A stretch of 64,000 nt of DNA from NCBI GenBank assembly GCA_033580375.1, contig GCA_033580375.1_4527.1; one strand, written 5' to 3'. Of this stretch, positions 1 to 14,658 are shown piece after piece. The notes below the pieces were generated by a model. That model was not told where the DNA came from and searched no databases. It saw only the letters and a program-made list of their open reading frames with translations. The position numbers and the translations under genes are program-made. Each line of letters opens with the position of its first letter. Position 1 is the first letter of the stretch. The DNA comes from a phage.

Positions 1-1
1 T

Positions 2-2311
2 TGGTCTGCTGATGATGTTCGTTTCAGTTCACAAGACGTAACATTTGCTAAAATCGGGGATCAATTAAATTTAGGTTTTGATGTAGAGATTTTCGGTACA
101 TACGCGTCATTACCAGGAAACGTATCACGTATTGCAGAAGCTATTACTTGTAATGATGACTATGTTTATATTGCGGCCAGAGATAAAGTTCGCTTCGTTA
201 AAACCAGTAACGCTCCTATTGATTCAGATCCATTATCTCCGACCTATTCCGAACGGTTGTTTGAACCTGAGACGTTTACAATAACAGGCAACCCTAAAGC
301 AGTTTGTTATAAAATGGATTCTGTTGGTGGAAGAATATTCGCTCTTATTATTGGTGAAGTTGAAAACGTTAATGACGACCCAAGAACAAAGCCTATTTTG
401 GATTCTGTTGATAAAGGTGTATACGTTTTAGACCATGACGCTGGAACATTTAAAAGGATATTTGGTAATACTGAAGAAGAACGCCGTCGTATAGAACCGG
501 CTTTCACCAATATGTCTACTGACGGTGTTGAGCTTTATATCTCTTCTAGTAATTTTAAATTTTTAGAATCTGATATTGTTGACGACCCGGAAACGCAATC
601 TAAGTATGGACTTTTAGGAGCGGTTAAGTATGAATATCCTAGAGAATGGCTCGCAGATAAACATTACCATATGATGATTTTCGCATCAAACGAAGAAAGT
701 AATTGGGAAACTTTTTCACCAACTCCTATGCAGTATTATGCAGAACCTTTCTTTAGTTATTCTAGAAAATCAGGCACACGTTCTTGGATTAATAACTCTG
801 ATAGAGCGGTAGTGATTTATTCTGATTTGCTTTACACAAAGGTAGTGGAAAGCTACCCTAGCACTTCACCTGATCGTAAAGTTCACGAATACTGGAATGA
901 TGGCGATTGTAAGATTGTTATGCCGAATATAGAATTCACTGGATTTAAAAAATACGCATCTGGTATGTTGTTTTATAAATCATCAGGTGAAATAATTTCA
1001 TATTACGATTTTAGTTATCGTGTTAGAGATAACGTTTCTATAATTTGGAAGCCCACTAACGTATTTTTGACCGCCTCATTACAAAACCAAGAAAAAGAAA
1101 CTTCTTGGGTTCCTGTTGAAGAGACAGGTCTAGCTGACCCGGATTTACGCCCATTACTCACTACAATGATGCCAGAGTCTTATCTGTTGGATAATACAAA
1201 CTTTGAAGCATTTTGTGAAGCGTATATTCAATATCTTTCTGATGGATATGGGACTCATTATAATAACTTATTGAATTTGATTAAAAATAAATACCCACGA
1301 GAAGAACACGCATGGGAATATCTTTGGTCTGAAATTTATAAACGGAACATTTATTTGAATGCTGAGAAACGTGATTTAGTTTCTAGGTTCTTTGAGTCCA
1401 GAAGTTATGATTTTTATTCTACTAAAGGAACTGAAGCGTCGTATAAGTTTTTGTTTAAAGTTCTTTATAACGAAGACGTTGAAGTGGAAATTGAGTCATC
1501 TGCTGGAACAGAGTACGATATCATAATTCAATCTGATTCTATAAGTGAAGATTTGGTTGGACAAACTATATACACAGCTACAGGTAGATGTAATGTTACA
1601 TATTTGGAAAGAAGCTATTCTAAAGGTAAATTACAATGGACTGTGACTATTCATAACCTTTTAGGTAGGCTTTTAGTCGGTCAAGAAGTAAAAGCCGAAA
1701 GACTAGCAGATTTTGAAGGTGAAATAGTTCGCGGTATTAAAGGTAAAGAACTTGCCCAAAACACTATCGATTATTTTAATCGTGGTAGAGCTTATTACGT
1801 CATGAAAATAAAGTCAAATCTTCCATCCTCTCGTTGGAAATCTGACGTACTACGTTTTGTACATCCGGTAGGATTCGGATTTATTGCAATAACCTTATTA
1901 ACAATGTTTATTAATACAGGATTAACGCTTAAACATGTTGAAACTATTATTAATAAATATAAAAATTATAAGTGGGATTCCGGTCTGCCTACAGAATATG
2001 CAGACCGTGTCGCTCGTTTAGACCCTCAAGGTAATGTAGAATTCAATCCTGTTACAGGTGAAGTAATTTATGATGCTGGTCCTTATGCCGGTATCGAATA
2101 CCCTTTACCTGCAAATTATAATGAAGAAAATGATAACTCTATTTTCCAAGGACAATTACCGTCCGAACGACGCAAGCCGATGAGCCCATTATTTGATGCA
2201 TCAGGTACAACGTTCTCTAGATTTAGAGAGCTTGTTAATGAAAGATTGTTAGATAACGTGGGAAATCCTAGAGACCCGATTAATCCACCACAGGTTAAAT
2301 TAGATGAATGA
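2..2311 (+). CDS. 7: Baseplate wedge protein gp7, C-terminal ~770 aa; 5' end lies beyond the window
   Basis: Frame is open from window position 2 with no stop before 2311; the TTG at 257 in the ORF track is not a real start. Sits immediately upstream of 8-9-10-11-12 as in T4. Confidence 0.75.
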   Translation, partial: WSADDVRFSSQDVTFAKIGDQLNLGFDVEIFGTYASLPGNVSRIAEAITCNDDYVYIAARDKVRFVKTSNAPIDSDPLSPTYSERLFEPETFTITGNPKAVCYKMDSVGGRIFALIIGEVENVNDDPRTKPILDSVDKGVYVLDHDAGTFKRIFGNTEEERRRIEPAFTNMSTDGVELYISSSNFKFLESDIVDDPETQSKYGLLGAVKYEYPREWLADKHYHMMIFASNEESNWETFSPTPMQYYAEPFFSYSRKSGTRSWINNSDRAVVIYSDLLYTKVVESYPSTSPDRKVHEYWNDGDCKIVMPNIEFTGFKKYASGMLFYKSSGEIISYYDFSYRVRDNVSIIWKPTNVFLTASLQNQEKETSWVPVEETGLADPDLRPLLTTMMPESYLLDNTNFEAFCEAYIQYLSDGYGTHYNNLLNLIKNKYPREEHAWEYLWSEIYKRNIYLNAEKRDLVSRFFESRSYDFYSTKGTEASYKFLFKVLYNEDVEVEIESSAGTEYDIIIQSDSISEDLVGQTIYTATGRCNVTYLERSYSKGKLQWTVTIHNLLGRLLVGQEVKAERLADFEGEIVRGIKGKELAQNTIDYFNRGRAYYVMKIKSNLPSSRWKSDVLRFVHPVGFGFIAITLLTMFINTGLTLKHVETIINKYKNYKWDSGLPTEYADRVARLDPQGNVEFNPVTGEVIYDAGPYAGIEYPLPANYNEENDNSIFQGQLPSERRKPMSPLFDASGTTFSRFRELVNERLLDNVGNPRDPINPPQVKLDE

Positions 2312-3308
2312 TTCAAGTGTTGTCTATCGTGCGATAGTTACTTCAAAATTTAGAACTGAAAAAATGTTGAATTTCTACAATTCAATAGGTGATGGTGATA
2401 ATAAAAACACCATCTTTATAACGTTTGGACGGTCTGAACCATGGGCTGCTAACGAAAATGAGGTGGGCTTCGCCCCACCGTATCCAACAGACTCGGTTTT
2501 AGGTGTAACAGATATGTGGACTAACATGATGGGTTTAGTTAAAGTTATCCCATCTATGTTAGACTCGGTTATTCCTAGACGTGACTGGGGAGATATTCGT
2601 TATCCGGACCCTTATACATTCAAAATAAATGATATAGTCGTATGTAATACAGCCCCATATAATGCCACTGAAGTCGGAGCTGGATGGTTAGTATACCGTT
2701 GCGTAGATGTTCCTGATGTTGGGATGTGTTCTATTGAGTCTCTCGACAACAAAGAAGAATGTCTTAAATTAGGCGGTAAATGGACTCCATCTGTTAGGTC
2801 TTTAACCCCTCCTGAAGGCCGTGGAGATGCTGAAGGGATTATCGAAGTTGGTGATGGATATATATGGGAGTATCTTTATGAGATTCCACCCGATGTGTCT
2901 ATAAACCGATGTACTAATGAATATATAGTCGTTCCATGGCCGGAAGAAGTTAAAGAAGACCCTGCTCGTTGGGGATATGAAAACAATCTAACCTGGCAAC
3001 AAGATGATTTTGGCCTTGTGTATAGAGTTAAAGCAAACATAATTCGTTTTAAAGCCTATTTAGACTCAGTTTATTTCCCTAATGCAGCACTGCCTGGTAA
3101 TAAAGGATTTAGACAAATTTCTATTATCACAAACCCGTTGGAAGCTAAACTCCGTCCTAATGACCCTAATATAAAAGCTGAAAAGGATTATTATGACCCC
3201 AGAGATTTACAGCGTCATTCCGGTGAAATGATTTATATGGAAAACCGTCCACCTATTATTATGGCAATGGACCAAACCGAAGAGATCAATATTTTGTTTA
3301 TGTTCTAA
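2304..3308 (+). CDS. 8: Baseplate wedge protein gp8
   Basis: 334 aa, same length as T4 gp8; T4 synteny; start overlaps the end of gene 7. Confidence 0.8.
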   Translation: MNDSSVVYRAIVTSKFRTEKMLNFYNSIGDGDNKNTIFITFGRSEPWAANENEVGFAPPYPTDSVLGVTDMWTNMMGLVKVIPSMLDSVIPRRDWGDIRYPDPYTFKINDIVVCNTAPYNATEVGAGWLVYRCVDVPDVGMCSIESLDNKEECLKLGGKWTPSVRSLTPPEGRGDAEGIIEVGDGYIWEYLYEIPPDVSINRCTNEYIVVPWPEEVKEDPARWGYENNLTWQQDDFGLVYRVKANIIRFKAYLDSVYFPNAALPGNKGFRQISIITNPLEAKLRPNDPNIKAEKDYYDPRDLQRHSGEMIYMENRPPIIMAMDQTEEINILFMF

Positions 3309-3312
3309 TTTA

Positions 3313-3330
3313 GGGAGACTTCGGTCTCCC
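3313..3330 (+). terminator. Stem-loop GGGAGAC-TTCG-GTCTCCC followed by TTTCGTG, after gene 8
   Basis: Perfect 7 bp GC-rich stem with UUCG tetraloop, read directly; member of a repeated hairpin family. Confidence 0.6.
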
Positions 3331-3337
3331 TTTCGTG

Positions 3338-3345
3338 TATAAATA
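3338..3345 (+). promoter_or_regulatory. T4-type late promoter TATAAATA for gene 9
   Basis: Exact TATAAATA about 26 nt upstream of the gene 9 ATG. Confidence 0.7.
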
Positions 3346-3370
3346 GTATAAACTATTAAGGATTAGCCAC

Positions 3371-4234
3371 ATGTATATTCAAACTCCAAAACAATTGATT
3401 GACGTTGGCGAAATTGGTAACGCTTCTACAGGCGATATCCTTTTTGACGGCGGTGTTAAAATAAACAATGATATAAATGCTATTTACAATGCGTTTGGTG
3501 ACCAACGAAAAATGGCAACTGCTAATGGGACAGGACCAAATGGACAAATAATCCATGCCACTGGATACTACCAAAAAGGAGGTCCTACTGATTATTTCAC
3601 CCCTGTTCCAGTAGGAAGTAGACACGACATAGATGCTTCTACTGGTGGTGTTATTGTTACTGTTGCTAGAGGTGAACTCGGTGATTCCGTGGAATTTATA
3701 AATTCAAACGGTTCAATTTCGGTAAACAACCCATTAAGTATCCAAGCATTAGATTCTATTAAAGGTGTTGCAGGTAATTTAGTTATAACTACACCTTATA
3801 CTAAAGTTACTCTTCGTTGTATTTCTTCTGGTGCGGGCGGCTCAATATGGGATTATTCTACAGAAAGTATGTTTAGTCATACCGAAATTCCTGTAGACGG
3901 GACATGGAATATTATTTCAGACTATGTCAATATTCCTCTATTTTATAAAACTGAATATAATGCTGCTAAACTTTTGGTTACATGCCAATCTGCCAACGGC
4001 AGAAAAATTAAATCATGCGAAATAAATATTCTAATAGATACAATTAATTCAAGAGTTATTTCAACTGAATACGCAGTGATGCGCGTTGGTAATGATAACG
4101 AAGAAGACGAAATTGCGAATATTAGTTTTTCGATAATTAACAATTTTGCCACTATGACAGTTTCTTCACATATAAATGGTCTTCGAGTGGCAGCTAAAGT
4201 TATTTCAACTCAGAAAATTAGGGTCGCTCAATAA
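3371..4234 (+). CDS. 9: Baseplate wedge protein gp9 (long tail fibre socket)
   Basis: 287 aa versus T4 gp9 288 aa; synteny. Confidence 0.8.
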   Translation: MYIQTPKQLIDVGEIGNASTGDILFDGGVKINNDINAIYNAFGDQRKMATANGTGPNGQIIHATGYYQKGGPTDYFTPVPVGSRHDIDASTGGVIVTVARGELGDSVEFINSNGSISVNNPLSIQALDSIKGVAGNLVITTPYTKVTLRCISSGAGGSIWDYSTESMFSHTEIPVDGTWNIISDYVNIPLFYKTEYNAAKLLVTCQSANGRKIKSCEINILIDTINSRVISTEYAVMRVGNDNEEDEIANISFSIINNFATMTVSSHINGLRVAAKVISTQKIRVAQ

Positions 4235-6048
4235 TGAAACAAAATATTAAAATTGGGAACGTCGTTGATGACGGACAAGGCGATTACCTTCGTCGTGGTG
4301 GTGCAAAAATTAATGAAAACTTTGATGAGTTGTATTATGAATTAGGCGATGGCGAAGTTCCATATTCCGCTGGTGCCTGGAAAACATACCATTCTTCAGA
4401 TGGACTTAATTTAGCTGCTGAATGGGGTAAATCATACGCAATTGATACTTCAACAGGGCGTGTTTCTATAAATTTACCTAAAGGAACAGTGGAAGATTAT
4501 AATAAAGTAATTAGAGCCCGTGATGTATTCGCCACATGGAATATTAACCCTGTAACATTAATTGCTGCCAGCGGTGATACTATTAAAGGTTCTTCCAGCC
4601 CAGTAGAAATCAATGTGCAGTTTTCAGACTTAGAATTAGTTTACTGTTCTCCTGGGCGCTGGGAATACGTTAAAAATAAACAAATAGACAAAATTACTAG
4701 TTCTGATATTAGTAGTGTAGCTCGTAAAGAATTTTTAGTCGAAGTTCAAGGTCAAACTGATTTTCTTGATGTATTTGGGTCTGTTTCTTATAATGTGAAT
4801 AATATCCGTGTAAAACATCGTGGTAACGAATTATACTACGGTGATGCGTTCAGTGACAATAGCGACTTTGGTTCTCCAGGAGCTAATCCTGGAGAAATCG
4901 TTGCATTAGACGGTAAAAACATCCGTTTAAGACAACCATGTAATATTGGCGACACTGTACAAATTGAAACCTTTTTAGATGGGATTACACAATTACGTAG
5001 TTCTTATTCTCGTCGCCAAATACGTATTTTAGATTCGAAATTAACAACCCGTCCTTCCTTAGAAGGAAGTGTATATGTTGCTGATTTGTCAACTTTGAAA
5101 TCTATTCCTTTTTCCGCATTTGGAGTTAATCCTTCAGAACCGGTCAATACCAATTCTTTAGAAGTTCGTTTTAACGGTATTCTTCAAGAATTAGCTGGTA
5201 CTGTTGGTTTACCTATGTTCAGATGTGAAGGAGCTGACGCAGAAACTTCTACCGAGTGTTCAGCTTTAGGTGGGACTTGGGTTACATCTAACACAGATTA
5301 TTCTATTGAATATGATGATAACGATGCAACTATCGCACGTGCTTTAGTCTTTGACCGTAAGTTTGAAGACCAAGACATTATTGATATTACATGGTTTAAT
5401 AACGATTTAGGCACTTTATTAAGTATCGATGACATTTTAGATACAACTGATGAAAGGTATGTCGCACAAGGTGCAACCGTAAATGTGACAGGCGATGTGG
5501 CTTTGACCGATTTCAATAATATCGGATGGCCTAATGTAGAATCTGTTCCGGCATATAGCAGGGAATTCTCATCTATTGCAAATATTTTTAACACTATTTA
5601 CCCTGTCGGTACTATTTACGAAAATGCAGTGAACCCTAATAACCCAGCCACGTATTTAGGATTTGGCTCTTGGAAATTATGGGGACAAGGAAAAGTATTA
5701 GTTGGATGGAATGACGATATTAGCGATCCTAATTTTGCATTAAATAATAACGACCTTGATTCTAGCGGGAATCCTACACATACCGCCGGTGGAACAGTCG
5801 GAACAACGTCTAACACACTAACTAATTCTGATTTACCTCCTACTCAAACTGACGAGAAAGTTCTTATTTCCGATGAGAACGGTACAATTATTATTGGTGG
5901 TTGTCAATACGACCCTGATGCAGAAGGTCCTATATACACCAAATACCGTGAAGGCCACGCCACAACGAATAGTACACACATACCGCCTCAAGCCGTAAAT
6001 AATATTCAACCGTCAGTTACCGTATACCGTTGGGTAAGGATTGCATAA
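4234..6048 (+). CDS. 10: Baseplate wedge protein gp10
   Basis: 604 aa versus T4 gp10 602 aa; synteny; ATGA-type overlap with gene 9 stop. Confidence 0.8.
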   Translation: MKQNIKIGNVVDDGQGDYLRRGGAKINENFDELYYELGDGEVPYSAGAWKTYHSSDGLNLAAEWGKSYAIDTSTGRVSINLPKGTVEDYNKVIRARDVFATWNINPVTLIAASGDTIKGSSSPVEINVQFSDLELVYCSPGRWEYVKNKQIDKITSSDISSVARKEFLVEVQGQTDFLDVFGSVSYNVNNIRVKHRGNELYYGDAFSDNSDFGSPGANPGEIVALDGKNIRLRQPCNIGDTVQIETFLDGITQLRSSYSRRQIRILDSKLTTRPSLEGSVYVADLSTLKSIPFSAFGVNPSEPVNTNSLEVRFNGILQELAGTVGLPMFRCEGADAETSTECSALGGTWVTSNTDYSIEYDDNDATIARALVFDRKFEDQDIIDITWFNNDLGTLLSIDDILDTTDERYVAQGATVNVTGDVALTDFNNIGWPNVESVPAYSREFSSIANIFNTIYPVGTIYENAVNPNNPATYLGFGSWKLWGQGKVLVGWNDDISDPNFALNNNDLDSSGNPTHTAGGTVGTTSNTLTNSDLPPTQTDEKVLISDENGTIIIGGCQYDPDAEGPIYTKYREGHATTNSTHIPPQAVNNIQPSVTVYRWVRIA

Positions 6049-6707
6049 TGACCATACTTAATACTAAAGCGGGAGTAATATCCCGCGAAGCAGATTTTTT
6101 AGGATTTAGAAAAAATCCTACTCAAATTGATATTTTAAACAACCAAGGCGTAGGTTCTGTAACTATTTCTCAATTGGCAAAAGGATTCTATGATGATAAC
6201 GTAGAATCTGCAATAAACGATGTTCATAATATTGCTAGAGCAGATGTAGGAACAGTTACAATTAACACCTCAGGTGTATCTCCTGAAGGAACTTCACAGG
6301 TAGATTATTGGTCCTTTAGTGGAAGTGTAACTGACCCTAGTTTGCCAGATGGAAGCCCTGTTATTGTAAAAGTTTATGGACTTCCTGTTAATGCTACTGT
6401 AGGTATGACCGCCGACGAATTTGTTGTACAATTACGTACTACTCTCCGGAATGCGATTTCCGACCAATTGGCTATTGCAGAGTATAAAGATGACCCTACT
6501 GTTGGGACTAAATTACAAATAACATATTTAGATAACCAAAGACACGTACTCCCAACGTATTCCTCTTATGGTATCACGGTTTCTCAAGAAATAGTGTCTC
6601 AGGCTAAGTCCGGGTACGGCACTTGGAATTTACTAGGTGCGCAAACCATTACTCTTGACAACCATATTTCACCTACAACCTTTTATTATTTTGTGAGAAC
6701 CGCATGA
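6048..6707 (+). CDS. 11: Baseplate wedge protein gp11 (short tail fibre attachment)
   Basis: Track ORF 6030..6707; start moved to the ATG at 6048 (TAATG overlap with gene 10 stop), giving 219 aa as in T4 gp11. Confidence 0.75.
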   Translation: MTILNTKAGVISREADFLGFRKNPTQIDILNNQGVGSVTISQLAKGFYDDNVESAINDVHNIARADVGTVTINTSGVSPEGTSQVDYWSFSGSVTDPSLPDGSPVIVKVYGLPVNATVGMTADEFVVQLRTTLRNAISDQLAIAEYKDDPTVGTKLQITYLDNQRHVLPTYSSYGITVSQEIVSQAKSGYGTWNLLGAQTITLDNHISPTTFYYFVRTA

Positions 6708-8254
6708 GTAACAATACATATCAACACGTTTCGAACGAATCTGTATATGTTGAATTTGACCCGGTAGGGTCAAATTTTGATAGTTCAATAACCAATGTCC
6801 AGGCAGCCTTAGCCTCAATTAGCGCATATGGTGTTAAAGGTGTTCCGGACGCAAGTGAAGCAGAAAAAGGTGTAATTCAATTAGCGACAGAACAAGAAGT
6901 TCTTGATGGATTTAATAGTACTAAAGCTGTTACACCCGCCACATTAAATGCAAGACTTCAGTATCCGAACGCGTCAGAAACACAATACGGTGTAACTAAA
7001 TACGCAACACAAGAGGAAGCCATTGCCGGCACTTTAGACACTGTTTCTATTACTCCGCTTAAATTAAACCAAACTATTGATAACACGTTCTCTACTCGTT
7101 ATTCAACAGAAACAACTAACGGTGTTATTAAAATTGCAACTCAAACCGCTGCACTTGCCGGGTCTGATGATACCACAGCAATGACACCGCTTAAAACTCA
7201 GCAATTAGCAATAAAATTAATTTCTCAAATAGCTCCTAATAACGACCCGGCTTCAGAATCTATTACCGGTGTTGTGCGTTTAGCTACTGTGGCTCAAACA
7301 CGTCAAGGAACTCTTCGCGAAGGATATGCAATTTCCCCGTATACCTTTATGAATTCTGTTGCAACACAAGAATATAAAGGTGTTATACGTCTAGGAACAC
7401 AAGCGGAAATTAATAGTAATTTGGGAGATGTTGCTGTAACAGGTGAAACGCTAAATGGTAGAGGAGCTACCGGTTCTATGCGTGGAGTCGTAAAATTAAC
7501 GACGCAGGCCGGTGTTGCACCCGAAGGCGATAGCTCTGGAGCATTAGCATGGAACGCAGATGTAATTAATACACGCGGTGGGCAAACTATTAATGGTTCT
7601 TTAAATTTAGACCATCTAACAGCAAATGGAATTTGGTCACGTGGCGGAATGTGGAAAAACGGCGACCAGCCGGTTGCAACAGAGCGATATGCATCTGAAC
7701 GTGTTCCTGTTGGAACAATTCAAATGTTCGCAGGTGATAGCGCTCCTCCAGGTTGGGTTTTATGTCATGGTGGGACCATTTCTGGAGACCAATTTCCGGA
7801 CTATCGAAATGTGGTTGGAACAAGATTTGGTGGTGATTGGAATAATCCTGGAATTCCAGACATGCGCGGTCTTTTTGTTAGAGGAGCTGGTACAGGCAGC
7901 CATATTTTAAATAATCGCGGTCAAGATGGCTATGGAAAGGATAGATTAGGTGTAGGATGTGACGGCATGCATGTTGGTGGTGTCCAAGCACAACAAATGT
8001 CATATCATAAACATGCCGGTGGATGGGGCGAATATCAACGTCATGAGGCACCATTCGGAGCATCCGTATATCAAGGTTATTTGGGTACTAGAAAATACTC
8101 TGATTGGGATAACGCATCATATTTCACAAATGACGGCTTCGAATTAGGTGGTCACCGCGACGCATTGGGCACTCTTAACCGTGAAGGACTTATCGGATAT
8201 GAGACTCGTCCATGGAATATATCTTTAAATTATATTATTAAAGTCCATTACTAA
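6704..8254 (+). CDS. 12: Short tail fibre protein gp12
   Basis: 516 aa; position between 11 and wac; T4 gp12 is ~527 aa. Confidence 0.8.
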   Translation: MSNNTYQHVSNESVYVEFDPVGSNFDSSITNVQAALASISAYGVKGVPDASEAEKGVIQLATEQEVLDGFNSTKAVTPATLNARLQYPNASETQYGVTKYATQEEAIAGTLDTVSITPLKLNQTIDNTFSTRYSTETTNGVIKIATQTAALAGSDDTTAMTPLKTQQLAIKLISQIAPNNDPASESITGVVRLATVAQTRQGTLREGYAISPYTFMNSVATQEYKGVIRLGTQAEINSNLGDVAVTGETLNGRGATGSMRGVVKLTTQAGVAPEGDSSGALAWNADVINTRGGQTINGSLNLDHLTANGIWSRGGMWKNGDQPVATERYASERVPVGTIQMFAGDSAPPGWVLCHGGTISGDQFPDYRNVVGTRFGGDWNNPGIPDMRGLFVRGAGTGSHILNNRGQDGYGKDRLGVGCDGMHVGGVQAQQMSYHKHAGGWGEYQRHEAPFGASVYQGYLGTRKYSDWDNASYFTNDGFELGGHRDALGTLNREGLIGYETRPWNISLNYIIKVHY

Positions 8255-8263
8255 GGGTAAAAA

Positions 8264-9706
8264 ATGATCGAATTAAAAAGTCTACCATACGTTGATGGCC
8301 CTCCTGATGAGGGTCAAAAACGTTTAAACTGGATTAAAAATTCAGAAGAAATAACTGGCGCTGATACGTTATACGGTTCTGAAGGAGTAATGAACCGTCC
8401 AATAACAGAAGTTCAACGAAATGTAGAAACAATTAACGATAACGTTAAGACTATCGCAGAATCTTTAGATACCGCTAATGCTGATATTGTCACAATTAAA
8501 AGTATCTTGGATGTTTCTGGTGACGTAGATGCTTTAGCACAAATTGGACATAACACTGATGATATTGAAGTATTAAAACACACTGTAAATTCACACGGTG
8601 TTGATATTTTAAACACTGAAGAAAAACTAGATGATACTATTGCTAATATCGGAGTAGTTAATCCAGAAACAGATTCAGTGTATCGTACAGTGCGTAACGA
8701 CCTTCTTTGGATTAAAACCGAATTAGGGCAATATACCGGACAAGATATTAATGGTGTCCCGACCGAAGGTAATGAAAGCACCGGGATGAAACGACGTATT
8801 ATTACTAACAGCTCAGTGTTGGTTGACCAAGGCGTTCGTTTAACCGAGTTAGAAAATAAATTTGCCGATTCTGATGTTGGGGCTCTGACAACCGAAGTTG
8901 AAAACCTCCGTCAAGAAATAGGTCCTAGACCATCGTTAACAGTACCGGTTTACACTCGTTTATCCGGTATTGATTCATCCATTTCTATCCAAACTAGAGA
9001 TATTGCGGCATTAAAAGATTTTGTTGGATATCCTAATTCAACCGCTATTAAAACTCAAGTCGAGGCCAATCGTCTTTCTATATCAACAATAAATTCAGAC
9101 ATTAACTCGCCTGGCGGTATTAAACCACGTTTGACAACGTTAGAAACTACTATAGGCTCTCCAGATTTACCAACTACTCTTCAGGGTAAGATCAAATTAA
9201 ATACCGATTCCATTTCAGGTATTAACACAGTTTTAGGTGTTGATTCTTCTAGTGGTTTACGTTTTAATGTAGCATGGCTTAATCAGGTGGTTGGCGTTGA
9301 TTCAAATGGTGGACAACCCGAACCGGCTGGTTCACTTTTATATAGGACTCGTGTTCTTGAAACTGGTGTTACCGACCTAGGCAATAACATTCAAAACGTT
9401 CAAACTGAATTGGGAACTAATTCGTCCGGTATTAAAGGACAAGTGACTAGTTTAAATAAACTTATAAGCGGTACCAACCCAAACGGTCAAACCATAGAAG
9501 AACGTGGTATATTGCCAACAGTTAAAAACCATGACACGACAATTACAGATTTAACTACGCGTGTTACCACTTTAGAAACCGACCTTGCTGCAGCAGAAGC
9601 AGAAATTCAGGCCCTTAAAGAGGCTGGATATATTGAAGATGCTCCTTCAGATGGTAAATTCTATGTTCGCAAAGATGGTGCATGGGTTGAACTTCCTACA
9701 GCTTAA
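8264..9706 (+). CDS. wac: Fibritin (whisker antigen control, neck whiskers)
   Basis: 480 aa; C-terminal GYIEDAPSDGKFYVRKDGAWVELPTA matches the T4 fibritin foldon [21 protein letters not shown]. Confidence 0.9.
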   Translation: MIELKSLPYVDGPPDEGQKRLNWIKNSEEITGADTLYGSEGVMNRPITEVQRNVETINDNVKTIAESLDTANADIVTIKSILDVSGDVDALAQIGHNTDDIEVLKHTVNSHGVDILNTEEKLDDTIANIGVVNPETDSVYRTVRNDLLWIKTELGQYTGQDINGVPTEGNESTGMKRRIITNSSVLVDQGVRLTELENKFADSDVGALTTEVENLRQEIGPRPSLTVPVYTRLSGIDSSISIQTRDIAALKDFVGYPNSTAIKTQVEANRLSISTINSDINSPGGIKPRLTTLETTIGSPDLPTTLQGKIKLNTDSISGINTVLGVDSSSGLRFNVAWLNQVVGVDSNGGQPEPAGSLLYRTRVLETGVTDLGNNIQNVQTELGTNSSGIKGQVTSLNKLISGTNPNGQTIEERGILPTVKNHDTTITDLTTRVTTLETDLAAAEAEIQALKEAGYIEDAPSDGKFYVRKDGAWVELPTA

Positions 9707-9712
9707 TGAAAA

Positions 9713-9726
9713 GGGCCTTCGGGCCC
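9713..9726 (+). terminator. Stem-loop GGGCC-TTCG-GGCCC after wac
   Basis: 5 bp GC stem with UUCG tetraloop directly after the wac stop codon. Confidence 0.5.
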
Positions 9727-9738
9727 TAAAGGATTTAT

Positions 9739-10665
9739 ATGTCAGGTTATAATGCACAAAACCCTAAAGAATTAAAGGATGTAATATTACGTCGTTTAGG
9801 CGCTCCTATTGTAAATGTCGAATTAACTACAGACCAAATTTATGATTGTATTTCACGAGCGTTAGAACTTTATGGCGAATACCATTTTGACGGGTTAAAT
9901 AAAGGTTTCCATGTATTTTTTGTTGATGACGAAGAAAAATACCGTCACGGCGTATTTGATATGCGTGGTTCTAATGTATTTGCTGTAACAAGAATTATAA
10001 GAACAAACGTTGGCTCTATTACTTCAATGGATGGTAACGCAACTTATCCTTGGTTCACTGATTTCCTTTTAGGAATGGCAGGCGTTTCTGGTGGTATGGG
10101 TAGTAATTGTGGTAAATTCTACGGTCCGAACGCTTTTGGTGCCGACCTCGGGTATTATTCTCAATTAGTATCTTATATGGGTATGCTTCAAGATATGATT
10201 GCTCCTCTTCCAGATTTTTGGTTTAACTCTGCAAACGAGCAATTAAAAGTAATGGGTAACTTTAGACAGAAAGATGTTATTATCGTTGAATCGTATGTTC
10301 GCTCTTATATTGAGACACATAAGATGGTAGGAAATACAGTAGGTTATGGACAGGTCGGTCCTCGTGATTCATGGTCTATTTCTGAGCGGTATGACAACCC
10401 AGACCATAATTTAGTCGGACGTCGAGTTGGTGAAGATCCTGCAACTAAACAAGGCGCATATAACAACCGCTGGGTTAAAGATTATGCAACTGCATTAGCT
10501 AAAGAGCTTAATGGACAAATTCTTGCTAAACATCAAGGTATGATGTTACCAGGCGGTGTCACTGTTGATGGTGTTCGATTAATTGAAGAAGCCCGTTTAG
10601 AGAAAGAAGCTTTACGAGAAGAGTTATATTTACTGGACCCTCCTGCAGGTATTTTGGTAGGTTAA
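9739..10665 (+). CDS. 13: Neck protein gp13
   Basis: 308 aa versus T4 gp13 309 aa; synteny. Confidence 0.8.
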   Translation: MSGYNAQNPKELKDVILRRLGAPIVNVELTTDQIYDCISRALELYGEYHFDGLNKGFHVFFVDDEEKYRHGVFDMRGSNVFAVTRIIRTNVGSITSMDGNATYPWFTDFLLGMAGVSGGMGSNCGKFYGPNAFGADLGYYSQLVSYMGMLQDMIAPLPDFWFNSANEQLKVMGNFRQKDVIIVESYVRSYIETHKMVGNTVGYGQVGPRDSWSISERYDNPDHNLVGRRVGEDPATKQGAYNNRWVKDYATALAKELNGQILAKHQGMMLPGGVTVDGVRLIEEARLEKEALREELYLLDPPAGILVG

Positions 10666-10666
10666 T

Positions 10667-11431
10667 ATGGCAACTTATGATAAAAATCTTTTCGCCAAAC
10701 TAGAAAATCGTGGTGGCTATTCTCAGACAAATGAGACCGAAATCCTCAATCCATTTGTCAATTTTAATAACTATGAGAATAGTCAGACATTAGCTGATGT
10801 TCTAGTGGCAGAAAGCATACAAATGCGCGGTATTGAATGTTTTTATGTTCCACGTGAATATGTTGCCGTGGACCTTATCTTTGGTGAGGACCTTAAAAAT
10901 AAATTTACTAAAGCATGGAAATTTGCTGCATATCTGGACTCTTTTGAAGGTTATGAAGGAGCGAAATCGTTCTTCAGCAACTTCGGAATGCAAGTTCAAG
11001 ACGAAGTTACATTATCTATTAACCCAGGTCTTTTCAAACACCAGGTCAACAATCAGGAGCCTAAGGAAGGTGATTTAATATACTTCCCAATGGACAACAG
11101 TTTGTTTGAGATTAACTGGGTTGAACCATATGACCCGTTCTATCAAGTAGGTAAAAATGCGATTCGTAAAATTACTGCAGGCAAGTTTATTTACTCCGGT
11201 GAAGAAATCAATCCGGTGCTTCAGAAAAATGAAGGTATCAATATACCTGAATTTAGTGACTTGGAACTTAATCCTGTTAGAAATCTTGACGGTATCCATG
11301 ACATTAATATCGATGAGTATTCTGAAGTTGAGCAAATCAATTCAGAGGCAAGTGAATACGTTGAACCATATGTAGTAGTTAACAACCGTGGTAGACAAAA
11401 TTCACCATTTGACGATGGGTTTATGAATTAA
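10667..11431 (+). CDS. 14: Neck protein gp14
   Basis: 254 aa versus T4 gp14 256 aa; synteny. Confidence 0.8.
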   Translation: MATYDKNLFAKLENRGGYSQTNETEILNPFVNFNNYENSQTLADVLVAESIQMRGIECFYVPREYVAVDLIFGEDLKNKFTKAWKFAAYLDSFEGYEGAKSFFSNFGMQVQDEVTLSINPGLFKHQVNNQEPKEGDLIYFPMDNSLFEINWVEPYDPFYQVGKNAIRKITAGKFIYSGEEINPVLQKNEGINIPEFSDLELNPVRNLDGIHDINIDEYSEVEQINSEASEYVEPYVVVNNRGRQNSPFDDGFMN

Positions 11432-11483
11432 TAAATAAATAAGATAAAGCAAACACCGGTCGAAAGGCCGGTTAGGAGAAATG

Positions 11484-12305
11484 ATGTTTGGCTATTTTTA
11501 CAACTCGTCGTTCAGGCGATATATCACAATGATGGGCGATTTGTTTTCAAATATCCAAGTTAACCGTCAATTGTCTACAGGCAATAAATTAATTAGAGTT
11601 CCTATTACGTATGCATCTAAAGAGCACTTTATGATGAAACTTAATAAATGGACCTCTATAAACTCACAAGAAGATGTGGCTAAAGTCGAAACTATTCTAC
11701 CACGTATAAATCTCCAAATGGTAGATTTCGTTTATAACCCGACGTTTAAAACGAATATATTGAATAACTCTCTTTTGAGTAAATCGACTAAGGATATTGT
11801 AGACCAATACAACCCATCACCAATTAAAATGATTTTTGAACTGAGCATCTTTACTCGTTACGAAGATGATATGTTCCAAATCGTTGAGCAAATTATTCCA
11901 TATTTTCAGCCGCATTTTAATACGACTATGATTGAGCAATATGGACAGGATATTCCATTTGAAAGGGATATTAAAGTCGTATGGATGGCAGCAGCAATGG
12001 ATGAACAAATAGACGGTGATAATTTATCCCGTCGACGTTTAGAGTGGTCATTAACATTTGAAGTAAATGGATGGATGTATCCTCCGGTAGGCGCAACAGA
12101 AGGCCTTATTAAAACGACTTATCTTGATTTTCATGCTAATGAACGAGACCTTCAAACAGCCGCCAGTGTTTTTGAATCAGTTGATACAGAAATTAAACCG
12201 AGAGACGTTGAAGCACAAGATTGGAATGGTGAAGTTGAACAAACTTATACTCATGATATTCCAATCCCGACTCCACCAACCCCTCCTGGTCCTAGAAAAC
12301 AATAA
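11484..12305 (+). CDS. 15: Tail sheath stabiliser / tail completion protein gp15
   Basis: N-terminus MFGYFYNSSFRRY matches T4 gp15; second ATG chosen for better spacing from the AGGAG RBS. Confidence 0.9.
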   Translation: MFGYFYNSSFRRYITMMGDLFSNIQVNRQLSTGNKLIRVPITYASKEHFMMKLNKWTSINSQEDVAKVETILPRINLQMVDFVYNPTFKTNILNNSLLSKSTKDIVDQYNPSPIKMIFELSIFTRYEDDMFQIVEQIIPYFQPHFNTTMIEQYGQDIPFERDIKVVWMAAAMDEQIDGDNLSRRRLEWSLTFEVNGWMYPPVGATEGLIKTTYLDFHANERDLQTAASVFESVDTEIKPRDVEAQDWNGEVEQTYTHDIPIPTPPTPPGPRKQ

Positions 12306-14631
<2,326 letters not shown>

Positions 14632-14658
14632 AAATAAAGCAAATTAAGAGGAATTAAA

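Noticed and set aside
257-259. TTG start codon of the 684 aa ORF in the track
   Set aside because: The reading frame is open from position 2 to the window edge; the ORF is the C-terminal part of gene 7, not a 684 aa protein starting at 257.
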